A stretch of 28,231 nucleotides of DNA, taken from assembly GCF_006345805.1 (NCBI RefSeq), contig NW_021827536.1, forward strand, positions 1 to 28,231, read 5' to 3'. The notes beneath the pieces are model-generated. The model ran no database searches. It had not been told where the DNA came from and was given only the letters and a program-made list of their open reading frames with translations. Shown here in pieces: positions 1 through 9,977 of the stretch (position 1 is its first letter; every line of letters begins with the position of its first letter). Origin of the DNA: Octopus sinensis (taxonomy: Eukaryota). The translations under genes were made by a program, and so were the position numbers.

Positions 1-23
1 CTAAAAGTAAAAAGATAGCCAAG

Positions 24-386
24 CTAATTAAAAGCCTCACGAGACACCCGGCCAGCCTCGCGAATGGCGAAGCCGTTCCCTCGGATCACAGCAATCGACA
101 GACGTTCCAGGAGCCAAGAATACTCTCTTGGATCGTGGCTAGTCCTTGAAATCTGTCGACCGAGCGAGCGAAGGAAGCGGAGTGTTTTGGGGCCGAAGAT
201 CCTGGAGGACTCCACGGCAATTAGAGTAAAGAACAGCGAGTTGGAGAGGTGGCCGTACTTGAGAATCTTTCGCTCCTCGGCCTGCCTCGAAGCGTGCCCA
301 GGATTGGCGGCGGACAGAGCGAGATTTCCCAGCGAGAACGTCTCCGAACAGGTAGAATCCCAAATAAGGGATTTCCCCTGCTCGTA
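24..386 (-). mobile_element. 3' fragment of a CRE-clade-like non-LTR retrotransposon (restriction-like endonuclease domain)
   Basis: ORF reads GKSLIWDSTCSETF...AEERKILKY...IAVESSRIFG...DPREYSWLLERLSIAVIRGN, matching the RLE-domain pattern G+xLxWDxTCxDT...AExRKxxKY...AVET.G...D.RE..FL.QR+S+A+QRGN. Same family type as 17869-18783. The 3' tail runs to the window edge. Confidence 0.8.
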
Positions 387-651
387 TCGACCTATCAATA
401 AAAAATAAAAATATTCTCTAATAGTGGCTAACTGAACTTTTTTCTAATTCAGGCTGAAGAATTTCGAAATATCTATTTCAATCAATTTCTAGAAACATTT
501 TTCACGCAAAAAAGAAATAGATCGTTGACTTCTCTAAACATTTTTACAAGGAAAATATATGTACTGTTTATTCACAGGTTGAGATGTATACAATGTTTAA
601 TTATGCCAATACCTTAAATAGGTTTACTAAATTTATATCATTTCAGTTTAG

Positions 652-805
652 GTTTGACAATTTTTATATCAATTTTGATACTTTTTGCATCAATTTTGAC
701 AATGAAAAGTTCAATTTTGACAATGCAATAAGCAATATTGAAATTTTACATCAGTTTCGACAATGTGATATTCAATTTTAACATTTTTTAGATCAATTTT
801 GACAA
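652..805. repeat. Degenerate ~21-bp minisatellite (core TCAATTTTGACAA)
   Basis: Core or a variant starts at 669, 690, 711, 732, 751, 772 and 793 (periods 21,21,21,19,21,21). Confidence 0.8.
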
Positions 806-2497
806 ATATTTTTATAGCGGACACACATAAGGACTTTTTCTATTTGGCTAAATCAAGATGAGAGTTATAGTCTGATATTCACTAACTTATGATCTTGTGA
901 TTCACCCTTGTAGATATAACACTGATGCTTCTCGAATTGGTCATTTTTATTCTTGAAAAATTTGTGTCAATTCTGGAATAAAAGCAATATTTTTTAATTC
1001 GGAGTTGCTTTTATGTGAATTTCTTGACACTCAATCTTATTCGACAACTCCTTTCAACTGCAATTCATGATCTACTTGAAAATAAAGACCACTCGGTTAA
1101 ATTAGAATTATGATGTATTGATACTTTTTTGGAGTTTTGTTCAAAAGAATCCAAAACTAATCTTTACTGATGACTTCTTATACAATATTTTTTTGCTTGT
1201 TTCAATGTTCACTAATATAAAAAACTAATTTTAGATAGTAATGAAAAACTAAACCATTCATTCGACTGCTAAAATTAATCTCATTTTTATTGTGAAAGAA
1301 ATAACAAACATCTTTCCTATATATTTTGTCTCCACATTAGTTGCGACTTTATTCGTCATTGTCCACATTCTCTTTATATGAATGAGTTAAGGCTACCAGC
1401 TAAATTTATCTTAGTGATTTTGATTCCGTGACTGTGTTCGACTATCATACTCTCCAGTGTTTTCTTCAACACAAATAAGTGAGAAGAAAGTACAAAGAAA
1501 ATAATAGTGTTTCAGAAATTTCAAAATATGCAATAGAAACAGATTAATGGAATGATCTGAAATTTTCTTTTAAAAATTCGGTTATTGTGGTTTGTAATAT
1601 TATGTTGAAAAAACAGAATATAGTTGATAGACTTGTTTGGAATTGAACTATTTATAAAATGAGCTTATTTGGAAATTATTCTATCTCTCTCATTTTTCTT
1701 TATACATTGAAATCGAATATAGCATTTTCATTCTTCTTGATAAATATTTCTTGTCAGCCATGAGGGCAAAAAGGTGGGTCACAAATCTCGTTGAACCTCC
1801 AAAAAGGATACCCAACGTGGTTGATCTTAAGCGTTTAATTTAAAATTTAGAACTCGAAAATCTGTGGTAAATATCAAAGACATACTTGCCTCTATCCAAA
1901 GTGAAGTCGATTTTCCCTGAGGGTTTTTACCGAAGAAAGTGAAGAAAGTAAATGCTCAGCAAGTACTGCAGGAAATTTGCTTCCGAGTTCAAAGAATCAA
2001 GGAAACCGGAACGATAAAAATCTCAAGGCAAACCCTCAAAATAGTTATTCTGGCTCGGATCGACCTATCAATAAAAAATAAATTAATTCCAACCCAGACT
2101 TGAACATCAATGAAGTTACGGATATTGTACAGTGTCACATTTAACCAACATATCACATGCTAATGCCCCAAAAATTGGAAAACCACAATAGTGAGAATAG
2201 AAATAAGGTAATTTCAAATGAATTATTGGCAATATCATTCCAACAAAACGCACGACAAGAATGCCAACAGGCATATAATTATCTACTTTTCACAGTGGCA
2301 AACCTTTGTTTTGAAATTGAATTGATTTTTGTCGCAATTTAGTAAACTTTAGTTGGAATATCGTTTATATATATATCTCCATTCAGGTATTATATGACAG
2401 TTTTTATTGAATAAAGTTTAAAGGATTTTAAAAATTTAATGTGTTTTAATAATTAATAAACTTATAATAAATATTATTAGTCTAATTTGTTCTTGTG

Positions 2498-4487
2498 ATG
2501 TCCCTCGTAATCGATCTACGAAACAGTAAATACAACTAATTAACCCCAGAAATAATGGAGGAAATGATTGACCCTCATCGCTACCAACAATCCATCCTCA
2601 TCCTCGACGAAAGGACCAAACGAATAATGTCCTGCTGCATAAAACTCCACGAATTAGCCGACAGAGGAATATGCAGTAACCCCACCAACTCATCCCCAGG
2701 CGTCGAACGTCTGGAGGCAAGGAGACAACCCCTCTCCATTAACGCCATCTACTTCATATCCCCCACCCAAGAGGTACCCCACCTCCTAACCCCAGTCCTT
2801 CGCCTACCTCATCGACGACTTTGACTCCAAGCCTGCCTACTCCTCAGCCTCCGTCTTCTCTCCCGGGGTCATCGGTGATGACGTCATCGCCACTGTGGGG
2901 CAAAATGACGTGAGGAAGTACCTCAAAAGGATGACTGAGTTGGATGTGGATTTTGTCCCTTTCTCTGCCAATGTGGCACTTTTGGACACTCCCAAGTCCT
3001 TCCAGGCGTGTTTTGGTGTCCCTCATACTATTTTCCCGCCACAATTGTTGTCGAATGTGGAGTCATTGGTGTCCTTCTGTGCCTTCCTGAGAGAAGAGCC
3101 GAACATTGCCTATTACAAGTGAGACCCCTCTATAACCAGGCCGGGCACATGTACCTACAAATTTGCCACGCTGTTGAAGGAGAGACTCGCCTCTCTCGCC
3201 AATTTGGAGGCTCAGAACAAAAACGTGGCTATTTTGGGACATTTTTAGGAGTTTGTGTCACAAAAGTCGCTCATTTTGGTGGTCGACCGCAGCATGGATG
3301 TGATAACCCCCATCATCCACTCCCTCAGACTCGAATCACTCGCTTATGACATATTGCCAATGGAGGGAAATATTTACACGTTTTTTTCCCGCCATTTTAT
3401 ATTAGGCCGTCGGGAAGTGAGAAAAAAGACGCGGGAGTGGTCCTCGACGACTTTCACCAGTTTTGGGCGAAGTACCGCCACCTTCACATCGCGGAGGCCA
3501 CCCGGTTTGTGGGTCAGTCTAATTGGGAGGGAAATATCCGCGGCCATGAAGAGTCTGACCAAGGAGGTCTCCGCGGACACAAAAACGGTGACGGCCTTCG
3601 CGGACAAAGTCAAACAAATGCCCTTCTACCGTCGACAACTGTCCCAGCTGAGTGTCCTCCTCAAAATCGCGGAGGAGTGTGTGGGGTACTGCCAAGGGGG
3701 TGGTCAGGCGGCGTGTGTGGTCGAACAGGAGTTGGTGAGTGGGGTGGATAAGAACGGAGACACAATCCGTGACTTTATGGTGACCATCCTTCCCATCATC
3801 TGTGACAAAAAAGTGTCCGTCGCCGCAAAACTCCGCGTTTTTTTTCTTTATGTCATTCAGAAAAAAGGTTCCTGTCATTTTTGGAGTGTAGGGATATCTC
3901 GGTCGAATGTGGACAGGATATTGGGCCATGCAACAATTCCGTCCTCTGATCTTGTGGCGGTGGAGAATCTGCAGAAACTTGGCGTGAGGATATTCGACGA
4001 TGACGTCATTGATTACGTAATAATATATAGGGAGGGGGGATGGTGGAGCATTACTATCGGAAGTGTCATGTGGATGTAAACCAGGAGGAGGTGTTGGTGG
4101 GTACTCGTTGGAAGCCTTCTTTGGTTAATTTGGTGAAGGTAGAGAAGTGAGTGAGTCATTTGAAGGAGACATTGTCTGGTAAGCTCAATAAGAATATGTT
4201 TTCGTTGTTGGAGGGGGGAGTGCCCACTCTGAACACCAGCAAAGTAGTGAGGTGGGTTGATTGGGGTGATTGGTAGTGCGAGGTATGGGGCGTGGGCGTC
4301 GAAGGATCCTCGTCGGGGGGAGACGAAGGCTTATTTGATTGTCTACATGATTGGAGGGATCACCCCCAGTGAGATCGCGGCCGTGAATGACCTCAATGAG
4401 GAATTGAGTGCGACCTGTCGGATTGTCCTTGTGTCTGATTTTATATCTACCTGGCCTGTATTTCTGGATAATTTACGGTCGCTTTAA
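2498..4487 (+). CDS. STXBP1: Sec1/Munc18 (SM) family syntaxin-binding protein, Munc18/ROP-like; 12 exons
   Basis: Removing 11 GT-AG introns (24,24,22,21,24,26,25,24,26,27,25 nt; e.g. 2526-2549, 3380-3405, 3505-3529, 4139-4165) gives one open frame: MSLVIDLRNKIMEEMID...RIMSCCIKLHEL...AIYFISPT...LVVDRSMDVITPIIHSL...KYRHLHIAEATREIS...TRWKP...SARYGAW...LIVYMIGGITPSE...LRSL*. These motifs parallel Munc18 (MLSSCCK, DRGFD, LRHKHIAE, SRWTP, SARYGHW, FILGG). Paralogue assignment is uncertain. Confidence 0.93.
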
Positions 4488-4798
4488 TTAACTCTAATTA
4501 ATATTTATTGATGACAATTAGTGTTATTCTCTAGGCTCATTAATTAGTGGGTATTCAAACATTAATGGGATTGTAAGGCAGTTTATCAGTCGCACCCGAT
4601 TAATTGATCTTTTTAAGTGTGTTTGTTAGTTTTTGCCATAAAATTCATTTTTGCTATTAAATTTTCAAATTGAACGTCTATTGGTCAAAGCTACTTGGAG
4701 TAAATTGAACATTTAAAAATAATTTAAAATCGATTTATTTTAAGAAAACTTTGACCTCTACATGAACGACATTTTAAACAGTCATAAAATCAAATGCT

Positions 4799-4814
4799 AA
4801 TTAGTCTTGGGACA
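4799..4814. repeat. 16-bp inverted repeat arm, left (AATTAGTCTTGGGACA)
   Basis: Exact reverse complement of TGTCCCAAGACTAATT at 6972-6987. A one-mismatch direct copy of the right arm lies at 7103-7118. Confidence 0.75.
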
Positions 4815-5126
4815 AATCACCTTAATTATCAAGGGAATATTAATGCTTTGTAAAATATCCTTTATTCCACAAAAACTGCATTTAAACGATTTTGTAATTG
4901 CACACAAGTTTTTTACAAGTTTCTTCAATACAAAATAATTTTAATTCCATGATATTTGTTGATGAAGTTTAATTTTATTAACCAAAACGAAGCTAGATTA
5001 GTTTTATATTATAAAAATTTGTTGATTATGTGCTCATACTTTGACTTTTAATTCTTTCCAAAGATTTTCAATTGGATTTAGATCTGAGGATTGACTTGCC
5101 TTCAAGGGTATTAATTAAACGTCCTT

Positions 5127-5375
5127 CTAGCGATTTTTGAGTTTTTTTGCTGTATGTTTCAGATCATTGTCCTGTTGAAATGTCCAATTTCCCACAATAC
5201 CACATTTCTTAATTGACGAAAAAATATTTTTTCCCGAAATATCACAGTATATAGAAGCATTAAATATTCTGTTTATTACATGAAGTTCCCCAACTCCCAA
5301 GAAGGAAAACACCCCCATAGCATAATACTGCCACCGCCATGTTTAACTGTTAATATGGTATTTTGTTCTTTAGGT
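5127..5375 (-). mobile_element. Tc1-like DD34E transposase fragment
   Basis: Translation [26 protein letters not shown]...WTFQQDNDLKHTAK matches the Tc1 motifs VKHGGGSVMVWGCF and FQQDNDPKHT. Confidence 0.9.
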
Positions 5376-5399
5376 CACACCATAAATCAAGGATAGAGT

Positions 5400-6430
5400 T
5401 AATCTTGTATGATTGTCTTGAAGCGGAAAGGTTTTTGCATTACATAAGTTTGTTTATTGTGTGTCGTCCGTCAAGGAAGATTCGACAGATCGGATCGACA
5501 TTTTTGTCCAGTTTGTTTTGGTAGTCGAAGAATAAAGGATGGTGCCCACAGCGAAATCTTGCAAGTTCGACTCGATCTCTAAGGCTGAGATCATTTTCAG
5601 CTGTGTATATTTTTTGAGGGTCAAAAATATTGTTTACAGTTAATGCTTTCAAGAAGGACTTTGTTAACAGTTCTTTTATGATCGATGGTTTTTTGTTAGT
5701 GAATGCGTTTAGGATACGAATGTAGTAAAGTCTTGGTGCCTTTTTGACGTTCCTGTCAGGGGTTCGTATTCTCGTAAGATTGCGCCTAGGATGGTTTTTG
5801 ATTATACATTCAGAGGCGAAAAATTGGGTTCCATAAATGTCCATTGGGTTTCATTATCTGATACATCTGGTCGGACGGTGTAGATTTCATACGACCCATA
5901 ATGATTTTGAGTGCTTGGTTTAGGATTGATTTTGATTTCTGAAAAGTGTTTTTGACAACAGGGGCGCCCATGATTGACTTGCATAGTTCAATGGTTGAAG
6001 AATATATTCTTTGTATAGAAATGTTAGGCAGTCTTTATTTTTCAAAGTGGGTTCATGTGAGTGAGCAGAGGGAATTCATGTTACATTTACATTTATAAGT
6101 CAGGTTTTCAATGTGTTGGCGAAATCATATGGAGAAATCATAGGTTATCCCGAATATTTGATTTTTTTGTGTGGGAGATTTGAATTTTGTTAGGTTTGAT
6201 TGTCGAAATGAAGTTTTGTTCTTGTATATGCATTGTTAAAAGAGGGGCTGATGATTTAGATGGTGATAGAGATAGGCCGTTTAGAGTAATCCAGTTGTAC
6301 ATAGTATCAATGAATGGTTGAACATGATGACATGGCGTTATTTGGCCCGTGTTTAATAAATTGATCGTAATATCATCTGCGTATAAGTACAGATATATAT
6401 TTTCGGGTGGTGTAGAAATGGCTATTCGTT
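5400..6430 (-). mobile_element. Degraded APE-type LINE, 3' part (RT domain 5 to C-terminal Cys/His motif), I/Jockey-like
   Basis: YADD at 6383-6372, then KIFGITYD, YASQSWAP, and LARFRCGHH...DPICRI...HTI. Contains several stops and frameshifts. Confidence 0.8.
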
Positions 6431-6477
6431 AAACAGCAATAGGTCTGGTAGATTGAATAGTTATAATACTAGTGTTT

Positions 6478-6890
6478 TATTTATTTAACCGCCAAGACCA
6501 CGATAAGAGTCAAACAAAAGTCACGTGATCCCGATGCACTCGACCAGGGACCTCATCTTCGCTCGGTGATCTTTCCACGAGCCCACAGAAGATCGCACCG
6601 GGCGGCAGGCCGTTTTTGACGGGGCATTTGCTGACGGACCGAGATTCAGCTTGATAAGGTTTTTCAGAGAAGCTGGACCGGGGCGTTCGCTATCATGCGA
6701 CCAACGATCGGTTAATCTGAGGGCCTTTTGTTGGGCCTCCTCGATTCGCCTCCTGTTGGACCACGATAACCGCGGGCCCCATGATCCGCAGGCGTAGGTG
6801 ATAGATTGTTCGAAGTGCTGGCGGTAGATATTCGCCAGTGCCGGGTGCGACCCGAACAAGATGTTCCCTTGGACGATCGCAATGACGAAT
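6478..6890 (-). mobile_element. 3' end of a second LINE (CR1/L2-like)
   Basis: IYRQ...ITYACGSWGPRL...RIEEAQQKALR resembles the post-RT motif LEYA...W.P....LE..Q..A.R. It ends in a (TAAA)n-like tail at about 6478-6487. Confidence 0.6.
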
Positions 6891-6971
6891 CAATTCAAAA
6901 TTAGTACAGTTTCATTGATCGATATGAAAATGAATCTAATTATTTTGTCAAAAAATAAATAAATAACCAAC

Positions 6972-6987
6972 TGTCCCAAGACTAATT
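6972..6987. repeat. 16-bp inverted repeat arm, right (TGTCCCAAGACTAATT)
   Basis: Exact reverse complement of 4799-4814. Confidence 0.75.
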
Positions 6988-7499
6988 GGCACCTGATATT
7001 CCTGCTCTTGAATATAAATATAGGTGCATTTTTATACTTTTTGAAAACTTAAATAAAAACAGTTATGTTAAAGAAAATGAAATTCTGTTAAAAATCAACA
7101 AGTGTCACAAGACTAATTTGACTTACTTTAAAGCGTCAGGCGTTGCACGGATCTAACCCTTGCCTAATTAAGAGGTCATTTCTTAAATTGGCCATAAAAT
7201 TTGCTAAAATGGTCAATCTACGATGGTTCACTGTATTTTTAAAACTTATTGACTACAAAGACATTATGGTCACTTTAACGTGGTGCATCATTGATAGTTT
7301 ATTAGTAAACAGGTCGTATTCATGCATTTTCTCTATTTTTATTTGTTTTAATAATTTTAGAGTTTATCCTAATTAGCATGATTTTACTGAAGTCTGATTT
7401 TTTACATTTATTAATTTATTCACACATATTTTGGTCGGGGTGTACAAAACGTCAGCCACATGCATTGATTACACCCCGTTCTCAGACCTTCCTTTATAT

Positions 7500-8560
7500 G
7501 CCTTAATAAGCAAATTAAATGAAAAACACAAAAAGCCAAAAATTCCAGATTATTCCACTATACTACTTGACAGACCCTCCCCCGATGAAGGCCTGATTAC
7601 GTTCATCAGCAAAAATATCTCATATATTGAAACATCAAACGATTTCAAATATCAAGTCGGTGAAAAAACCGAGCTAAAATCACCCAAAATAAAAAATAAC
7701 ATGAAATCCGATCTCATTATAATCAACATCTACATTCCCCCAACCTCAACTACTATTCCATGCTCATACAATCCTTATTTTAAAACTTTCAAAAGCATGA
7801 ATTGCCTCCTTCTCTGAATGCACACAGCACATCCTGGTACAAATAAACCCTAACAACTTTTGCGGCAACTTAATATGTGAACAATTAAACAATCTATTCA
7901 TCATCAACAACCTCAAAAAATACACCCACCAACCATACAAATCAAAACACAACAACACTTCTCCGGATATCTCCTTCTGCTCTCCAAACCTAACATCAAA
8001 TACCATATGGAACACAATCAATCAAATATCATGCACCAATCCTAATACAAACTCATGTTATAATCAACATTCCGAACAATAACAAGTCTATAAAAACAAA
8101 AGAGCCAAATGGAGCCTCTATAAAAACGAAACCGAAAAACTTTTCTTGGAAATTACCGGGAACAAATTCCTGTCAAATATACATAAATCCAACAAGCTTT
8201 TCGCTGATATTATCTCGAAAGCAGGGAAAAGACACATCCCCATGGGAAACATAAGGAAATACAACCCGAACTACACCAAGGAAATAGCAGATTTAATGAA
8301 AACTCGTGACAACCTCAAACACAATAAGTCTTGAAAAGGAATCACGGATATTGCCACCCGACTAAGGGAACTAAACAAGAAGATATCTAACAAACTCAAG
8401 GAAAGAAAACGAGAGTGTCACTCACACAAACCACGAGTACAGAAATACCCTCTTGACCACAATTCCAATCCATTCACCTAAAAAGAAGTAAAAAAACGTA
8501 ATTGCCAACCTCAAATTTTAAACAGAATATCTCATAAACTTCCAATTGGTAAAACGCAAC
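7500..8560 (+). mobile_element. Degraded LINE AP-endonuclease and linker fragment
   Basis: PKIPDYSTILLDRP..GLITFI...LIIINIYIPP is an APE-domain pattern. Downstream: AKWSLYKNE and AGKRHIPMG...EIADLMKTRD. Many frame disruptions. Confidence 0.75.
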
Positions 8561-8789
8561 ATGGCTTTAGACAATATCATTCAGTCGGTGGGTATCTGCA
8601 GAGTATCCACCAAATCTAAAAGAAGATCAAAAACAATAAGTTTGTAGTTCCCGGACAGTAAAAAAAAGTAAATTGACTCCTCAATGATTAGAACGAATAG
8701 GGAACAGTAAGAAACTTCCAAATCATGTCCAATTTATATCAAAGATGCAACACAGTTTTTGAAATTCTTGAATAAAGTCACATTTTTCA

Positions 8790-9560
8790 GCAAAATCTTC
8801 CCGTTCTTGGGCCATTTCGCAAATAATCCACCGATATCTCTCGTCAGTTATATAAAGTCTGTTTCTCGTCAGTTTTTTGTTAATAATGTCTATCATTTTG
8901 GCCTTAAGAGAAGCAATCTCTAATTTGAAAAACTAAAAATCACAATCCACAATCACAAACCTTAGTAAGGTGGCATTTTTCTATCTTGGGATTCTTTTCA
9001 GGCGTATTTTTAATGTTTTGTGCTCGTTTGGCATACTCGAGTGAGTTTATTGTCTCTTCTAGGCAACTTCCAGCTGGGAAAATGTTGACTATCATTTCTG
9101 TTTTAGTGGTCCCTCCAAATGAATCTTTGAGGATTCTTGCTCTCTCGTTAAGGAATCAGTTTGCTCTCTCGTTAAGGAATGTGGGGAGTTTTGGTAGTCA
9201 AAGCATAAATAACTCGTCCCAAGTCAATAAACTTTGATTTATGGAGGCTGGGAGTTAAAAACACTACATTACCCGCCTCCGGAATTCTGTAATTGCTACT
9301 CCCTGTTCGGCTACTTCCTTCAGATCCTGCAAAATCCACCTGATAACAGTCAATGAATAAAGACATGCCAAATTTAGTTTCCCTACACTAATTGAGTCAT
9401 CTCTATTTCCGCGAACTCTAAATTACTTCTTGCCGCAAACTCTTGCCAACGAAATCAACATTTTAGTCAATTTTGGAACAAGACTCCAAACGTCGCCAAA
9501 ACCATTTTGTATAATATTTGATCAATGTTCAACTCCATGCAAGATTATCCCTGGTCTAGA
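8790..9560 (-). pseudogene. KIF11: Kinesin-5 (BimC/Eg5) motor-domain and neck pseudogene fragment retaining micro-introns
   Basis: GKLNL|VDFAGSE...EAA SINQSLL.LGRVIYAL...HIP*RESKL...RILKDSFGGTTKT...LEETINSLEYAKRAQNIKNTPE...LEIASLK...RLYITDERY. Disrupted by an in-frame TAA at the Y of HIPYRESKL, a frameshift, a 24-nt-period duplication (9137-9180) and loss of the SSRSH region. Confidence 0.85.
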
Positions 9561-9942
9561 CTGGATCACTTATACTGGATGTACATGCAAATACTGTGAT
9601 ACATTAAACACCTAATATAAACGTGAATTACGTGGATATCGACGCATTTTCACGTATAGCCAGATTAAAACATTTTATGAGTAAAATTGATACTGATTGT
9701 ATTTGAAAAAGCAGTGATTGTGGATTAATGTGATGTAGATTAAGTCGATGGATGCACTTCAAAATTGTAAAAGACAAATAATCACAGAGTAAATATATAA
9801 TGTGTTAGTTTAGTAAGAGTAGTCTGCACCTCTGTCTGCCCCCATTAAGCACAGTTCAGTGCAAAGTGGAATGTTAATAATTAAATATTCGGATGACACT
9901 AATTGTCGTAAGTTATAGCGTCCGGGCCAGTTCTAAGTGTCC

Positions 9943-9969
9943 GGAGTGATAAATCGGATTTATCACTCC
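9943..9969. repeat. 27-nt palindrome (13-bp arms, 1-nt spacer)
   Basis: GGAGTGATAAATC-G-GATTTATCACTCC, ending 8 nt before the integrase ATG. Confidence 0.9.
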
Positions 9970-9977
9970 AAATCATT

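Noticed and set aside
652-805. CRISPR array (also considered for 19290-19390)
   Set aside because: The units are head-to-tail and degenerate, with no unique spacers and no cas genes, in a eukaryotic context.
1757-2060. Coding-like, slightly GC-richer stretch upstream of Sec1
   Set aside because: It is interrupted by stops and I recognise no motif, so no call can be supported.
3505-3517. 13-nt intron using the in-frame CAG in Sec1
   Set aside because: It would add 4 residues against the Munc18 alignment and falls far below all other intron lengths. The 25-nt GAG version aligns without a gap.
2498-4487. Alternative genetic code or stop read-through to explain the broken ORFs
   Set aside because: All internal stops fall inside GT-AG introns or follow 1-nt frameshifts. 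The genes end in ordinary TAA/TAG-type stops.
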